From a virus, in the IMG/VR virus record IMGVR_UViG_3300031974_003701, positions 2,585-66,584 of that record: DNA of 64,000 nt. One strand, written 5' to 3'. Under the pieces are notes generated by a model. The model was not told the DNA's origin. It worked only from the letters and a program-made list of their open reading frames with translations, and did not search any database. Made by a program: the position numbers and the translations under genes. Shown piece by piece: positions 1 through 10,354 of this stretch. Numbering within the stretch: position 1 is the stretch's first letter; each line of letters opens with the position of its first letter.

Positions 1-51
1 CAGGTAACACAAAGATTAAGTAGAAAACAAGCTAGAACTGGTAGACCTTAA
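1..51 (+). CDS. 3' end of upstream virion gene (N4 gp51-like by position), partial
   Basis: Open frame QVTQRLSRKQARTGRP* whose TAA overlaps the vRNAP ATG (TAATG); identity from N4 gene order only. Confidence 0.5.
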   Translation, partial: QVTQRLSRKQARTGRP

Positions 52-3000
52 TGAGTTTAGAAGACTTAATATATGCCGAAGTAGAACCACAAGGATTTAC
101 AGAAGCAAATACAAATAATTTAAATAGATCAATAGACAGAAATCAATCTGCTCAAACTGCATTAGGTACATTAAGAGATACAGGTGTAGCAGCAGCTCAA
201 GGTGTTGTTGGTTTAGGAGGAGGATTAGCAGGTCTTGCAGGATTAGGTATTGATGCAGTAGCAAATACTAATATTGGTGGCTCAATATTTGAAGGTACAG
301 AAGACTTAAATAATGCTTTAAATACATTAAAAACACCAGAACAGTTACGTGCAGAAGAGGTAGCAGCATATGATGATTTACAAGATAGTCTTAAATATGA
401 TGCTATGTATGCAGAAGAAACTACTACATTAGGTAAAGCTAATGTACGTGGTAAAGAGTTATTAAATTCATTAGGTAAAATTGTCGATAGACCTTCTAAC
501 TTAACTAATGTTATTGGTGGCACTGTTGGTTCATTAGGTTTAAGTGGAGCTATTACTAAAGGTGCTGTTAAAGGAGCAACTAAAGTTGCAGGGAAACAGT
601 TAGGTAAAAAAGCTACTAAAGCTGTAGAAGCTACTACACTAACTACATTAGGTGTATCTGATGCTACAAGTCAGGCGTATAATGAAGTTAATTCTAAAAA
701 TTACAAAGAATTATTAGAACTTGATGGTTTTAAACAATTAGTTAGTGATGGTTTATCTTTTGAAGAAGCTAAAATAAAATTAGCACAAGAAGCAGGTAAA
801 ATTGCAGCTACAACTAATGTAGGTATCAGTGCAGCATTAGCTCTTGTTGGTTCAAATAAGTTAGAAACAGGTAAACTAAATAAACTTACTGATATTACTA
901 AAGACACTATTACAGAATCAGCAGAAGAAGCAGGAGCTAAATTTAGTAGTAACGTTGGTGTACAACAAACAGTTGAACCAGATAAACAACTTACAAGTGG
1001 TATTTCTCAAAGCGTAGCAGAAGCTTTAGTAGGTACTGGGGTTGTTACAGGAGGAGCTTTATCTGTGGGAGCAGGAGCATCTGCTTTAGAGACAGCTCAA
1101 TCTAAAGTACAAGATAATTTAAACCAAAAAGAATCTAGTAATCCAACTTCTGTAGAAAATATTGAAAAGCAAATAAATAATACTGTTCAACCAGAAATAA
1201 ATGCTAACGAAGCTGATATTCAAGCTGCAAATGATTTAAGTATTGCGACACAAGATTTAACAGAAGATCAACAAATAATTAGATTTAATAATGAAGCTAA
1301 ACAAATATTCGAAGTTTCAGAAAATGAAATTAAATCAGATACTTTAAAAAATGATGTTGTTAAATTAGAAGACGAAAATATTAGTCTTGTGCGTACAATA
1401 AGTAAATTTAGCGTTGAAATTGAATCTTCTGATAGCATATCGTTAGATAAAGCTGAATTTATTGTAGATAACTTAGATAGAATTAATTCACTAGGTAATA
1501 AAGGTTATTTTGGTTTTGACAATAATAAACAAATTGTTGAAAACATTGATAACATGAGAAGTGCTATTAGTAACATTAATCAAAATAAAGGTGTACTAAA
1601 AGCTAAAGAAGCTATTAAAAATTTACAACAGCAAGATAAAATTGAAGATTTAACTGATAATAATGGTATTTTAAAACAAGAAATTGTAACTAATACAGTT
1701 AAACTTGCTAAACTCAATCCAGCAGGTGTTAATGCAGATTTAGCTAAAACTATTCTTAATAATGAGCAAAATACATTAAGTAAAACTGAAAAAGCTTATT
1801 TACGTACAGCTATACAGATTAAAGATGGTTTAAATGATGATAGTTTAAAATTAGTAAATAATAATTTATTTAGAGACACAAACGAAGATAAAGTATCTTT
1901 AAATGATTATATAAATACTATTTATTCTGGTTTGAAGTCTGGAGTATCAGTTGATAAGAATGGTGAAGAACAAACTGTTAATGAAGCTTTAGAAAACTTA
2001 GGTAAACTTGCACAACATTTTATAAATAAAACTAATGCTTTAAATACAAACTTAGAAACAAATGAGAATAGAACTACATTTGATCAACTTGATCCAAAGA
2101 TAAAAGAGTTTAGAAAAGATAGTGGATCAGCTTTTGTTAATAAAAAATCACTTAAAAGTGTTAATACTGCTAAAGTAATCTTTAATGAAGCTAATGCTGT
2201 AGTTAATGCTTATAATAGTATTGTAGAAAACTTTTTTGAAGGTAAAGAAAAGTTAACTGTACCTAAACCACATAGTTTTCTAACGAGTAACGACAATAAG
2301 TCAGAAAAAGATATAGTTACAGAAACTAAAGAAGAAGTATCTGAAAATAATGTTAACGAAGAAGTAAATGTAGAAAATACAAAAACTGCTGAAGAAAACA
2401 TTAATAATGATACTACTGAACAAACTGATGTTGAAAAAAAGGTTAGTGACGTAGAAACTAACAATAAAGAAGGTTTAGTTAAAAGAGAACCTATAAAAGT
2501 TACAGAAACCTATAAAGACATTTCTAATAATAGCTATTTAGATAAAGGTTTTAAGTTAGATACAACTAATGTTAAAGAACAAGATAAACTTATTTTAACT
2601 GGTACTAAAGAAGAAAAATCTTTTGTTAAAACTATACACAATATGGTTAAAGGTTTTAATAAGTATTTATCTCAACAATTAAATACAGGATATACAAAAG
2701 GTAAAACTAATTATAAAAGTCCTGTAGAACAATATAAATCTAATCCTGCTTATAAAGACTATAAGCAAGGAAAGATTATGTCTTTATTAAACCAGAAAGA
2801 AAATGGTTTAAACGAAGATATTATTAATAAAGCTAATTTAGCTGTTACAGACTGGTTTATCAATTTACGTTTTACTTCTTTGGATTTATCCAAACTAAAC
2901 ATTGATGGTTTATATGGAGAGAGTGTAAATACTGCTGTATATAGTAAAGTTAAAGAAGATTTAGCTAAACACATAGAGAAATTTATTGGCTTAAAGCGTA

Positions 3001-6000
3001 ATAAAGACGTACCTGTAAATTATTCAAGAGGTATCACAGAGTCTTTAGCAGATGCGTACTTACAGTATCTTATAAGTAAAGATGTATTATTTGAAAATGT
3101 AGTTAAAGGTGATAAAAAACAAATATTAACATTGTCTTTAAACCCTAAAAGTACAGAAATGATACGTAACAATCTTGGGAATAATTTAGATATTATTAAA
3201 GACGCTTACTTTAATGAACCAGAGAATAGTGTATCTTATTCTACTGAATCAATAACAGATATTAAAAAAATACAGCGAAACAGTAATGTTTCATTAACAA
3301 AACGTAGTCAGCAAGCTGTATTAGAGTCTCAAGCTACACCTTATAAAGTTAATGAACCATATAAAAACTTTATGAATGTCTTTGGTTTAGATAATTATAA
3401 GAAACTTATTGGTTTTAATAATATTGATGAAAAAACAACTAATAAGTATCACTTAAAGTCTCTAGAAGGTGAAAATACGACAATAAATTATAATATGTTT
3501 GATGTAAGTCGTATGTTAGAAGCTGCTAAGGAAAAAGGTGAGTTATACTACAAATATGTAATGACTTCTGTAGGTAGATTACAACAAGAAGATAATGGTG
3601 GACAAGCTAATAAAATAGCTAGAGAGTTATTTCAACCAAATCAAAGCGAATTAGACTTAACAAATCAAGAACATATTGATATGTTTTGGCTTACTACAGC
3701 ACAAGGGTTAGAAGATAGTTCTTTAAAAGTAGAACAGCTTGAATTAAATGATGTTGTATTTAAAGCTCAAGATATTATTGAAAATCAACATAGAAATAAA
3801 ATTAATCTTATTAAAGATTACTTAAAAACAGATAAATTTGATAGTAATGCTTTTTTAAAAGAATTTAATAAACCAACAGATAATGTTGTAATAAATACAT
3901 TATTTAATGTAGCTAGGTTTGAATTAGCTAATGAAAATAAAGATAAGGTGTTTACTCACTATGTACCGTTAGAACTAGATGGTAAAACAAATGGTTTTGC
4001 TAACTATATTGTAAACTTCAGCTTAAATAATTTTGATACTGATTGGGTTAATACAGTTGGTAAAGTTGGTTTATATATAGGAGAAGGTAATAAATCATTA
4101 AACAACCATGTACTTAATAAAGATAGTAGCGATGTTTATCAAACTGTTGCTACTAATTTTGAAGAAATCTTAACTGATAATATTAAAAAACATATTAAAG
4201 ATTATCCTCAATTTAAAGCTAATATAAGTACTTTTGTAAAAGTAGTTACTAAATACTTAGATATTGAAATGACAAAAGATGGTTTAAAAGTAGGACGTAA
4301 AACTACTAAAAACCCAATGACTACTTTTATCTATGGCTCAAAAGAATATGGTACATCTAATAAAATTACTGGCACATTATTGAGTGCTTTTCATGAAGAA
4401 GCTACTGCTATTATGCAAGGTAAGTCAGAATTAACTAAAGAGCAGTTATACGATGCTGTTAACCTGATTAGTGAATTTAAAATAGGTAAAAATAAAACAA
4501 ATAAAGTATCTGCATATAAACCTAAAAATACTAAATTAGTTAGTAAAAATACTGATTTAAAAGATTTTACTATACCTGTAAGTGCTTTACAAAATTTAGA
4601 AAGCAATGTTGAACAGTTATTTGTACAGCCATTATATGCTTCTATGCAGAGTATTGCAGGGGATGCTTTTAATACATTTGATAATCTTAAATATATTACT
4701 CAAGAACAAACAAAAATAGCTATTGATATATTTAAAGAAAATCTTGAAAATATAGTTAATAATAAAAAGAAAAAAGGTATTTATTTAAAAAATGATTTAC
4801 CTTCGGAAAATGATATGAATGAAGCTATAAAGTCAGTACAAGATATTGTACCAAGTTTTAAAAGCTCTCATATGAATATTGGATTAACTTATAAAGAACA
4901 AGCTACAGACGATAATACACGTATATCTAGTGGTATTGATGGGAGAAGAGAAACAGAAGCTACTTTACCTACCATTCGTGAATTAGGTGTACAAGTACAA
5001 CCTAACTATAATATTGCTTTAGGTGATGGATTAATGATTCAAAATTGGGTCATAGATAACCCAGAACTAGGTAAAAGAAGTGAAAAAGTGTTTGATGGTG
5101 TTTATGTAGGTGCTACTGATATTAAAGAAGCTGCTCCTAAAATTAATAAAGCTGTTTATGATAGTTGGACACAGAATAAAATTTTACCTATTTTAAAATC
5201 TGTAGAAACAGCTTATAAAAATGTTGTTAAACCAGAACACAAAGAAACACTTAAACCAATGATTACTTTCCTTAAAAAGAAGGTAATTCAGAACCAAGCT
5301 AGAATTAATACTCTTAAAAAAGCAGAGATATCTGTAGATCAGATGGCAGGTGGTTCAAATCCTTATTATAGAGAAGGTAAGCTAAAAACTATTGAAGAAT
5401 TACAAGATAATTATAATAAAGAATTAGATAAATTATCTGATAAAGTAGGATTTACGTCTAAAAATAGATTATTAGGTATCCAAAGTGAGAATCCTAAGTT
5501 AGTTAAACAATTAAAACAAAATTATGAAAATTCTTATGAATTTTTATCGGATTTAATTAATAGTAATACATTGAATAAAGATCAGCATGAAATTGTTAAT
5601 CAATTAGCAGATGTGTTACGTAATTACAAAGTATTGATTAAACCAACAGATAAGTATTTACGATCTAAAGATTTAAATAAAATTGCAGATAATGTAAGTG
5701 AGTATGGTTTAACAGATACTCGTAATAAAATTATTGTAATTAATAATGTTAGCCCTGAAACTATTATACATGAACTTATTCATGCACATGTAGCTACAAC
5801 AATTAACGAAGCAGTAATAACACCTAAAAAAGCAAGTAAGCCTGTATTAGCTTCTATTGCACTTATAGAACGTAGTATTGAGTCTTTTATTAAAAAAGAT
5901 TATTCATTACCTGCATTACAAAACCTTAAAAATGTATTACAAAATGCAAGTACAAGACAAGAAGCTATTAATGAGTTTTTAGCATGGGGATTAACTAATA

Positions 6001-9000
6001 AAGATGTAATAAAATCTTTAAAAGAAACCAAAGTACAAAATACATTTGGTGTTAAAAGATTATTCAAAATAGCATTTACTGGTTTAAATCGTATATTAAA
6101 TGCTGTTGGTATTAAAATGCCTACAAACATGTTTGATAGACTTGAATTTACAGCTAATGTGTTATTCAAAGAAGCTTCTGTTCGTATTAGTAAGGAAAGA
6201 AACCATACAGATAAGTATAGTATTCTAAAACAAGAAATATCTAAAAATATTACTAGAAATGATATTAATAAAGTAAATGCTCAAATTAATAAATATGAAG
6301 AGCTTAATGCTTTATACGATACTGGTTATAGGCTTAATGAAGAAGAATTAAACAGATTTAAGAAAACTATAACTTTATTAAATTTACCTAATATACGTTC
6401 AAGTAAAGCATTACTATCTTTAGCTAATAGTTTTAAAGAAGTATTGAAAAAATCTGATAATTTAGAACTAACAAAACTATTAACAAATTTACCAGATAAA
6501 CACGCAGTAAATATATTTGTTGGTTTATATTTTGCTAGTAAACAATTTAAAGACACTATTAATACTATAAAAATAGATGATTTTACTAAAACAGAAACAA
6601 TTGATGAAAAACTGGATAATTTAGGCAATAAATTTATTAAAGAATTAAGTTCTTATAATACTGGTTCTATTGGCTTAGAAGTAAGTAAAGCCATTGATGA
6701 ATTATCTGAATTGAACCAACAACATAATAATATTAAGTTTAAGAACAGACAGTTCATTAGTAATGAGACTGAACGTAAAGTTATTGAGAAATCAGCTAAA
6801 TTTATTGAAAGTCTTGGTTTTAAAGGAAGTAAAGCTTTAAGTGCGTATATTGAAAACAAAGATATTAGGGATAAACAAGAAGATGATTTTGTTAACTTAG
6901 TGTTTAGACAGAATAAAATTCCTACCGTATTTAAAGAGCTTCTTAAAGATGTTATGGGTAAAACTTTATCTACAGAATCTGTAGAAGATATGGTTAATGT
7001 TGTCAAAAAGAATGTAGCTTTAATTAAGACTAATTTTAAGAATAAAATACCTAAACATATCAATAAATTGCTAAAAGATACATCTATTGAAAATAGACGT
7101 ATTTTAGGTAAATTAATTTTAGAAAACGGTTTAGTTTACAATGATAGTGTAGAAAATATTATTAATCTCCTTAGTAAACCAGAAAGTATCACAAAAGAGA
7201 TTAATTCTTTAGAAAAAGAGTTAGATAGTTTTTATATTAAAAAGTCTAAACAATTAGCCTTATTTATGAATAATAAAACACACTCTAATGGTTTATTATA
7301 TAATGCTTACGCTATTGCTAGTAAGTTAGGTACAGTTAATGTAATTAACCCTAAACAAGAATTAGTAGATAAAATAGATAAATTAGTTTCTTTATATGCT
7401 TTTAAAAACTCTAATGATAAACAATTGTTAATAGATGAAGTTAAAAATAACAAAGAAGGTATTTCTAATGTTTTATCTTACATACAAGATTACATTAATT
7501 TAGAAAAAGATAAATTAGAGACTAATATTCAAAAATATAATTATTTTAAAGGTTATACACCTATTCTAGCGTCTGATAATAGAAGAGTTAAATTAGACTA
7601 TAAATTAAACCATACTAAAAATTTAAGTAATGGTTTTGTTTACTTAGGTGAAGATAAAAACAATAAAACAATGGGTTATTACTATACAGATGTGGATGGC
7701 ACACCCTATCAACAAGGCGTATTACAAACAGTTAGTAAATCTGTAATGGGTGTTAATCCAAATACAGGCTTAACGTTGAATGGTTCACATCAAGGTTTTT
7801 TTAAGAACCCTAAAAATAAAAATAACATGAAAGCTGTATATGGTAATGATGGTAAAGTAATTGGTTATGAAAAATTTATTGAACCAAAGTACAGTAATAA
7901 ACTACAGTCGGATACAGATATTAGTGAATTAATTGCTGTAATGAAATCACGTCAGATTGAAGAACAAATGGCAGATGAATTTAATTACACATTAATAGAC
8001 CGTATTAATGAAGATTATAATGCATCTAAAAATAAAGATAATTTTGTTAATGTTAAAGATAATGATGATCCAATTATTAAGGAAATATGGAAAGTTATTC
8101 CACAAAATATTAAAGACTATATAAGCTCTACAAATGAAGATGGTTTCTATGTTCGTAAAGCTTATTTAAATAATGCGTTAGGTTATAGAAAAGCTAGTGT
8201 TGCAGAAATATTCAATAAGCGTAATAATTTAAATAAAGAGTTGTTAGACAAAGCTGAACAATTATTTACAGCTATGTTTGGTTCAAAAGCATATGAATAT
8301 TTAGTACGTGGTGAAAAAGCATTACAGAATACAGTACAAAGTGTAAAAGAGACTATTATTGTACGTTCTGGTATTGTTATGGTTGGAAATATTTTAAGTA
8401 ATATGTCTCAACTTAGTATGTATGGTATTGACCCAATTACGCAATATAGAAATGCTAAAAAATATATTGCTGAATTAAATCAACATATGCGTCATAATGA
8501 TCGTGTTATTGAGATATCATTTGAAAAATCTTCTACAAAAGATAAAAATAAATTAGCTCTCTTAGATAAGGAGTTAAATATAATTAAGGAACAAGAAAGC
8601 AAATTTGGTATCAAACCTTTATTAGATAGTGGTGAGTTTAATACAATTGCAGAAGATTTATCAGATAATAACAATAAAGAATTATTATCAGGTAAATATA
8701 CAGACTGGATTGAAAGTAAATTAGATACATTACCAGATAATGTAAAAACATTAGCTAAATATGCTTATATATCTAAAGATACAAGTTTATTTAAAGGGTT
8801 AGAAAAAACTGTATTATTCAGTGATTTTGTAGCTAAAGCTACATTACATAATCATTTAATGAACCAAGGAAAATCTTTAAAGGAAGCTAACTCTATAGTA
8901 TCAGAAGCATTTATTAACTATAATTTTGTATCTGGTAGAACAAGAGATTATTTAGAGTCTATTGGTTTAGTTTGGTTCTTTAATTATAAATTACGTATTT

Positions 9001-9212
9001 TAAAATCTGTTAAATACTTACTTCTTAATAATCCATTAAGTACATTATTGAATAGTATTATGCTTCAAGGATTACCATTAATAGAAGTAGATACACCTTT
9101 AAACAGTAACGTAATAGCTTCTGGTTTAAAAGGTGAATTGAAGTATGCTGTAGGACCAGAAATGTTAGAAGCAGGTTTAAATCTTAATCCTTGGGTTAAT
9201 ATTACTAAATAA
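51..9212 (+). CDS. Virion-encapsidated RNA polymerase (N4 gp50-like vRNAP)
   Basis: 3053 aa with no Cys noticed (an N4 vRNAP hallmark); T7-like motifs TSVGRLQ, motif A ELDGKTNG, motif B RKTTKNPMTTFIYGS, motif C KVFDG; also an HELIH zincin-like motif. Confidence 0.96.
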   Translation: MSLEDLIYAEVEPQGFTEANTNNLNRSIDRNQSAQTALGTLRDTGVAAAQGVVGLGGGLAGLAGLGIDAVANTNIGGSIFEGTEDLNNALNTLKTPEQLRAEEVAAYDDLQDSLKYDAMYAEETTTLGKANVRGKELLNSLGKIVDRPSNLTNVIGGTVGSLGLSGAITKGAVKGATKVAGKQLGKKATKAVEATTLTTLGVSDATSQAYNEVNSKNYKELLELDGFKQLVSDGLSFEEAKIKLAQEAGKIAATTNVGISAALALVGSNKLETGKLNKLTDITKDTITESAEEAGAKFSSNVGVQQTVEPDKQLTSGISQSVAEALVGTGVVTGGALSVGAGASALETAQSKVQDNLNQKESSNPTSVENIEKQINNTVQPEINANEADIQAANDLSIATQDLTEDQQIIRFNNEAKQIFEVSENEIKSDTLKNDVVKLEDENISLVRTISKFSVEIESSDSISLDKAEFIVDNLDRINSLGNKGYFGFDNNKQIVENIDNMRSAISNINQNKGVLKAKEAIKNLQQQDKIEDLTDNNGILKQEIVTNTVKLAKLNPAGVNADLAKTILNNEQNTLSKTEKAYLRTAIQIKDGLNDDSLKLVNNNLFRDTNEDKVSLNDYINTIYSGLKSGVSVDKNGEEQTVNEALENLGKLAQHFINKTNALNTNLETNENRTTFDQLDPKIKEFRKDSGSAFVNKKSLKSVNTAKVIFNEANAVVNAYNSIVENFFEGKEKLTVPKPHSFLTSNDNKSEKDIVTETKEEVSENNVNEEVNVENTKTAEENINNDTTEQTDVEKKVSDVETNNKEGLVKREPIKVTETYKDISNNSYLDKGFKLDTTNVKEQDKLILTGTKEEKSFVKTIHNMVKGFNKYLSQQLNTGYTKGKTNYKSPVEQYKSNPAYKDYKQGKIMSLLNQKENGLNEDIINKANLAVTDWFINLRFTSLDLSKLNIDGLYGESVNTAVYSKVKEDLAKHIEKFIGLKRNKDVPVNYSRGITESLADAYLQYLISKDVLFENVVKGDKKQILTLSLNPKSTEMIRNNLGNNLDIIKDAYFNEPENSVSYSTESITDIKKIQRNSNVSLTKRSQQAVLESQATPYKVNEPYKNFMNVFGLDNYKKLIGFNNIDEKTTNKYHLKSLEGENTTINYNMFDVSRMLEAAKEKGELYYKYVMTSVGRLQQEDNGGQANKIARELFQPNQSELDLTNQEHIDMFWLTTAQGLEDSSLKVEQLELNDVVFKAQDIIENQHRNKINLIKDYLKTDKFDSNAFLKEFNKPTDNVVINTLFNVARFELANENKDKVFTHYVPLELDGKTNGFANYIVNFSLNNFDTDWVNTVGKVGLYIGEGNKSLNNHVLNKDSSDVYQTVATNFEEILTDNIKKHIKDYPQFKANISTFVKVVTKYLDIEMTKDGLKVGRKTTKNPMTTFIYGSKEYGTSNKITGTLLSAFHEEATAIMQGKSELTKEQLYDAVNLISEFKIGKNKTNKVSAYKPKNTKLVSKNTDLKDFTIPVSALQNLESNVEQLFVQPLYASMQSIAGDAFNTFDNLKYITQEQTKIAIDIFKENLENIVNNKKKKGIYLKNDLPSENDMNEAIKSVQDIVPSFKSSHMNIGLTYKEQATDDNTRISSGIDGRRETEATLPTIRELGVQVQPNYNIALGDGLMIQNWVIDNPELGKRSEKVFDGVYVGATDIKEAAPKINKAVYDSWTQNKILPILKSVETAYKNVVKPEHKETLKPMITFLKKKVIQNQARINTLKKAEISVDQMAGGSNPYYREGKLKTIEELQDNYNKELDKLSDKVGFTSKNRLLGIQSENPKLVKQLKQNYENSYEFLSDLINSNTLNKDQHEIVNQLADVLRNYKVLIKPTDKYLRSKDLNKIADNVSEYGLTDTRNKIIVINNVSPETIIHELIHAHVATTINEAVITPKKASKPVLASIALIERSIESFIKKDYSLPALQNLKNVLQNASTRQEAINEFLAWGLTNKDVIKSLKETKVQNTFGVKRLFKIAFTGLNRILNAVGIKMPTNMFDRLEFTANVLFKEASVRISKERNHTDKYSILKQEISKNITRNDINKVNAQINKYEELNALYDTGYRLNEEELNRFKKTITLLNLPNIRSSKALLSLANSFKEVLKKSDNLELTKLLTNLPDKHAVNIFVGLYFASKQFKDTINTIKIDDFTKTETIDEKLDNLGNKFIKELSSYNTGSIGLEVSKAIDELSELNQQHNNIKFKNRQFISNETERKVIEKSAKFIESLGFKGSKALSAYIENKDIRDKQEDDFVNLVFRQNKIPTVFKELLKDVMGKTLSTESVEDMVNVVKKNVALIKTNFKNKIPKHINKLLKDTSIENRRILGKLILENGLVYNDSVENIINLLSKPESITKEINSLEKELDSFYIKKSKQLALFMNNKTHSNGLLYNAYAIASKLGTVNVINPKQELVDKIDKLVSLYAFKNSNDKQLLIDEVKNNKEGISNVLSYIQDYINLEKDKLETNIQKYNYFKGYTPILASDNRRVKLDYKLNHTKNLSNGFVYLGEDKNNKTMGYYYTDVDGTPYQQGVLQTVSKSVMGVNPNTGLTLNGSHQGFFKNPKNKNNMKAVYGNDGKVIGYEKFIEPKYSNKLQSDTDISELIAVMKSRQIEEQMADEFNYTLIDRINEDYNASKNKDNFVNVKDNDDPIIKEIWKVIPQNIKDYISSTNEDGFYVRKAYLNNALGYRKASVAEIFNKRNNLNKELLDKAEQLFTAMFGSKAYEYLVRGEKALQNTVQSVKETIIVRSGIVMVGNILSNMSQLSMYGIDPITQYRNAKKYIAELNQHMRHNDRVIEISFEKSSTKDKNKLALLDKELNIIKEQESKFGIKPLLDSGEFNTIAEDLSDNNNKELLSGKYTDWIESKLDTLPDNVKTLAKYAYISKDTSLFKGLEKTVLFSDFVAKATLHNHLMNQGKSLKEANSIVSEAFINYNFVSGRTRDYLESIGLVWFFNYKLRILKSVKYLLLNNPLSTLLNSIMLQGLPLIEVDTPLNSNVIASGLKGELKYAVGPEMLEAGLNLNPWVNITK

Positions 9213-9459
9213 ATTAAAGATATTTATCTTTAATATTGCTGTTAGGTAAAAGCAAAAGATTTAGATAAAACTGAAGACGGAAAATGGATTTTATATAGAA
9301 ATTCCCTATAAGCATTAGCGTGCTTAATAGGGAATGGTTAGTTGATGGTGGTATAAACTGACCGCTTACACCGATCAAATAAGTCAACATATTATTTGTA
9401 TCATTATTGTAAGTAACCTGTCCACTCCTTTTTAACCCTTTATAAAATAAGGAGTAGGT

Positions 9460-9576
9460 ATGTTATTACCTAGAGAAAAGCAGGTGAAACCTGTTCGTGT
9501 ACGCAACTATATTAGATATCGGTACAACCGATTCGAGTACGTAACGCAACACTATAGAAGTTATCCTAGTAAGTAA
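9460..9576 (+). CDS. Small Arg/Tyr-rich protein, 38 aa (below ORF-track cutoff)
   Basis: Strong SD TAAGGAG just upstream; MLLPREKQVKPVRVRNYIRYRYNRFEYVTQHYRSYPSK*; followed by a terminator-like hairpin. Confidence 0.65.
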   Translation: MLLPREKQVKPVRVRNYIRYRYNRFEYVTQHYRSYPSK

Positions 9577-9588
9577 GGCTTAATTTAA

Positions 9589-9628
9589 AGACGGATTATG
9601 AATAAAACCTTAATCCGTCTATTTTTAT
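9589..9628 (+). terminator. Intrinsic terminator-like hairpin (possibly bidirectional)
   Basis: AGACGGATTA...TAATCCGTCT 10-bp inverted repeat followed by ATTTTT, at the convergence of + and - strand gene blocks. Confidence 0.65.
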
Positions 9629-9813
9629 ATCTGATTGAGAAATAAACCATGCCTTATAGTAGCGTAGTTTAAATACCTATCAACCCATAAAGTGAACATT
9701 CCGTTAATGTTTGTTATTACCTTTTTCATAATACCTATTACACTTCCAATGTCCTTTAATGATTATTCCACTCTTCTAGATTTCATACTGTCTGTGTACT
9801 GCAATTTGGTGTT

Positions 9814-10011
9814 TTATTCTGTTTCTAATTCACTAATAAATTTTTTAGTATAATTAAGTCCTTTCTTTTCAGCATATTTAACCATTTCATCTAATTTATT
9901 TGCAGGAATACCTGTTTTATACCATCTACTTAAATATTGTACTGAAAAACCTAAATTATTAGCTACTGTACTAACTCTATCTAATTTTTTAATAAACTGC
10001 CTTACATACAT
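9814..10011 (-). CDS. Cro-like helix-turn-helix protein
   Basis: 65 aa; VSTVANNLGFSVQYLSRWYKTGIP fits the Cro/CI HTH pattern A..LG.S...S.W...GIP. Confidence 0.65.
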   Translation of the reverse strand: MYVRQFIKKLDRVSTVANNLGFSVQYLSRWYKTGIPANKLDEMVKYAEKKGLNYTKKFISELETE

Positions 10012-10033
10012 ATTATTCTCTTATTTTTAATTA

Positions 10034-10157
10034 ATTATTAATATAATGAACAGTAATAGCTAGTTAGTTACTCTTGAGCTATGAATCTGTTTTAAAACAT
10101 TTCATTTGTGAGAGGAGTATGCTCTAACAAACTATTACTGATTATTATATTAATAAT
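10034..10157. other. Long rod-like imperfect hairpin (candidate structured RNA)
   Basis: Nested inverted repeats ATTATTAATATAAT/ATTATATTAATAAT, CAGTAATAG/CTATTACTG, GTTAG/CTAAC, TACTC/GAGTA, ATGAA/TTCAT. Confidence 0.5.
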
Positions 10158-10162
10158 GTAAC

Positions 10163-10327
10163 TTACTGGTTTTGAGATTTACTTAGCTGTTCAATATCAT
10201 TGATAATATCTTCAATGAGATTAACACCATAAGTACCAAAATCAGAAGTTACTTGATCCATACAATTTTCAGAATCTTTCTGTCGTTTTAAGTATTTTTG
10301 TAAAATACTTTTGATCTGTTTTGTCAT
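10163..10327 (-). CDS. Small hypothetical protein, 54 aa
   Basis: SD AGGA upstream; MTKQIKSILQKYLKRQKDSENCMDQVTSDFGTYGVNLIEDIINDIEQLSKSQNQ*. Confidence 0.55.
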   Translation of the reverse strand: MTKQIKSILQKYLKRQKDSENCMDQVTSDFGTYGVNLIEDIINDIEQLSKSQNQ

Positions 10328-10354
10328 TATAAGTGTCCTGCTAAATTATTGATT

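Noticed and set aside
197-8674. Antisense ORFs within the vRNAP gene, and similar shadow ORFs elsewhere
   Set aside because: They lie opposite long well-supported genes, have Ser/Leu/Phe-rich mirror composition, and lack recognisable motifs.
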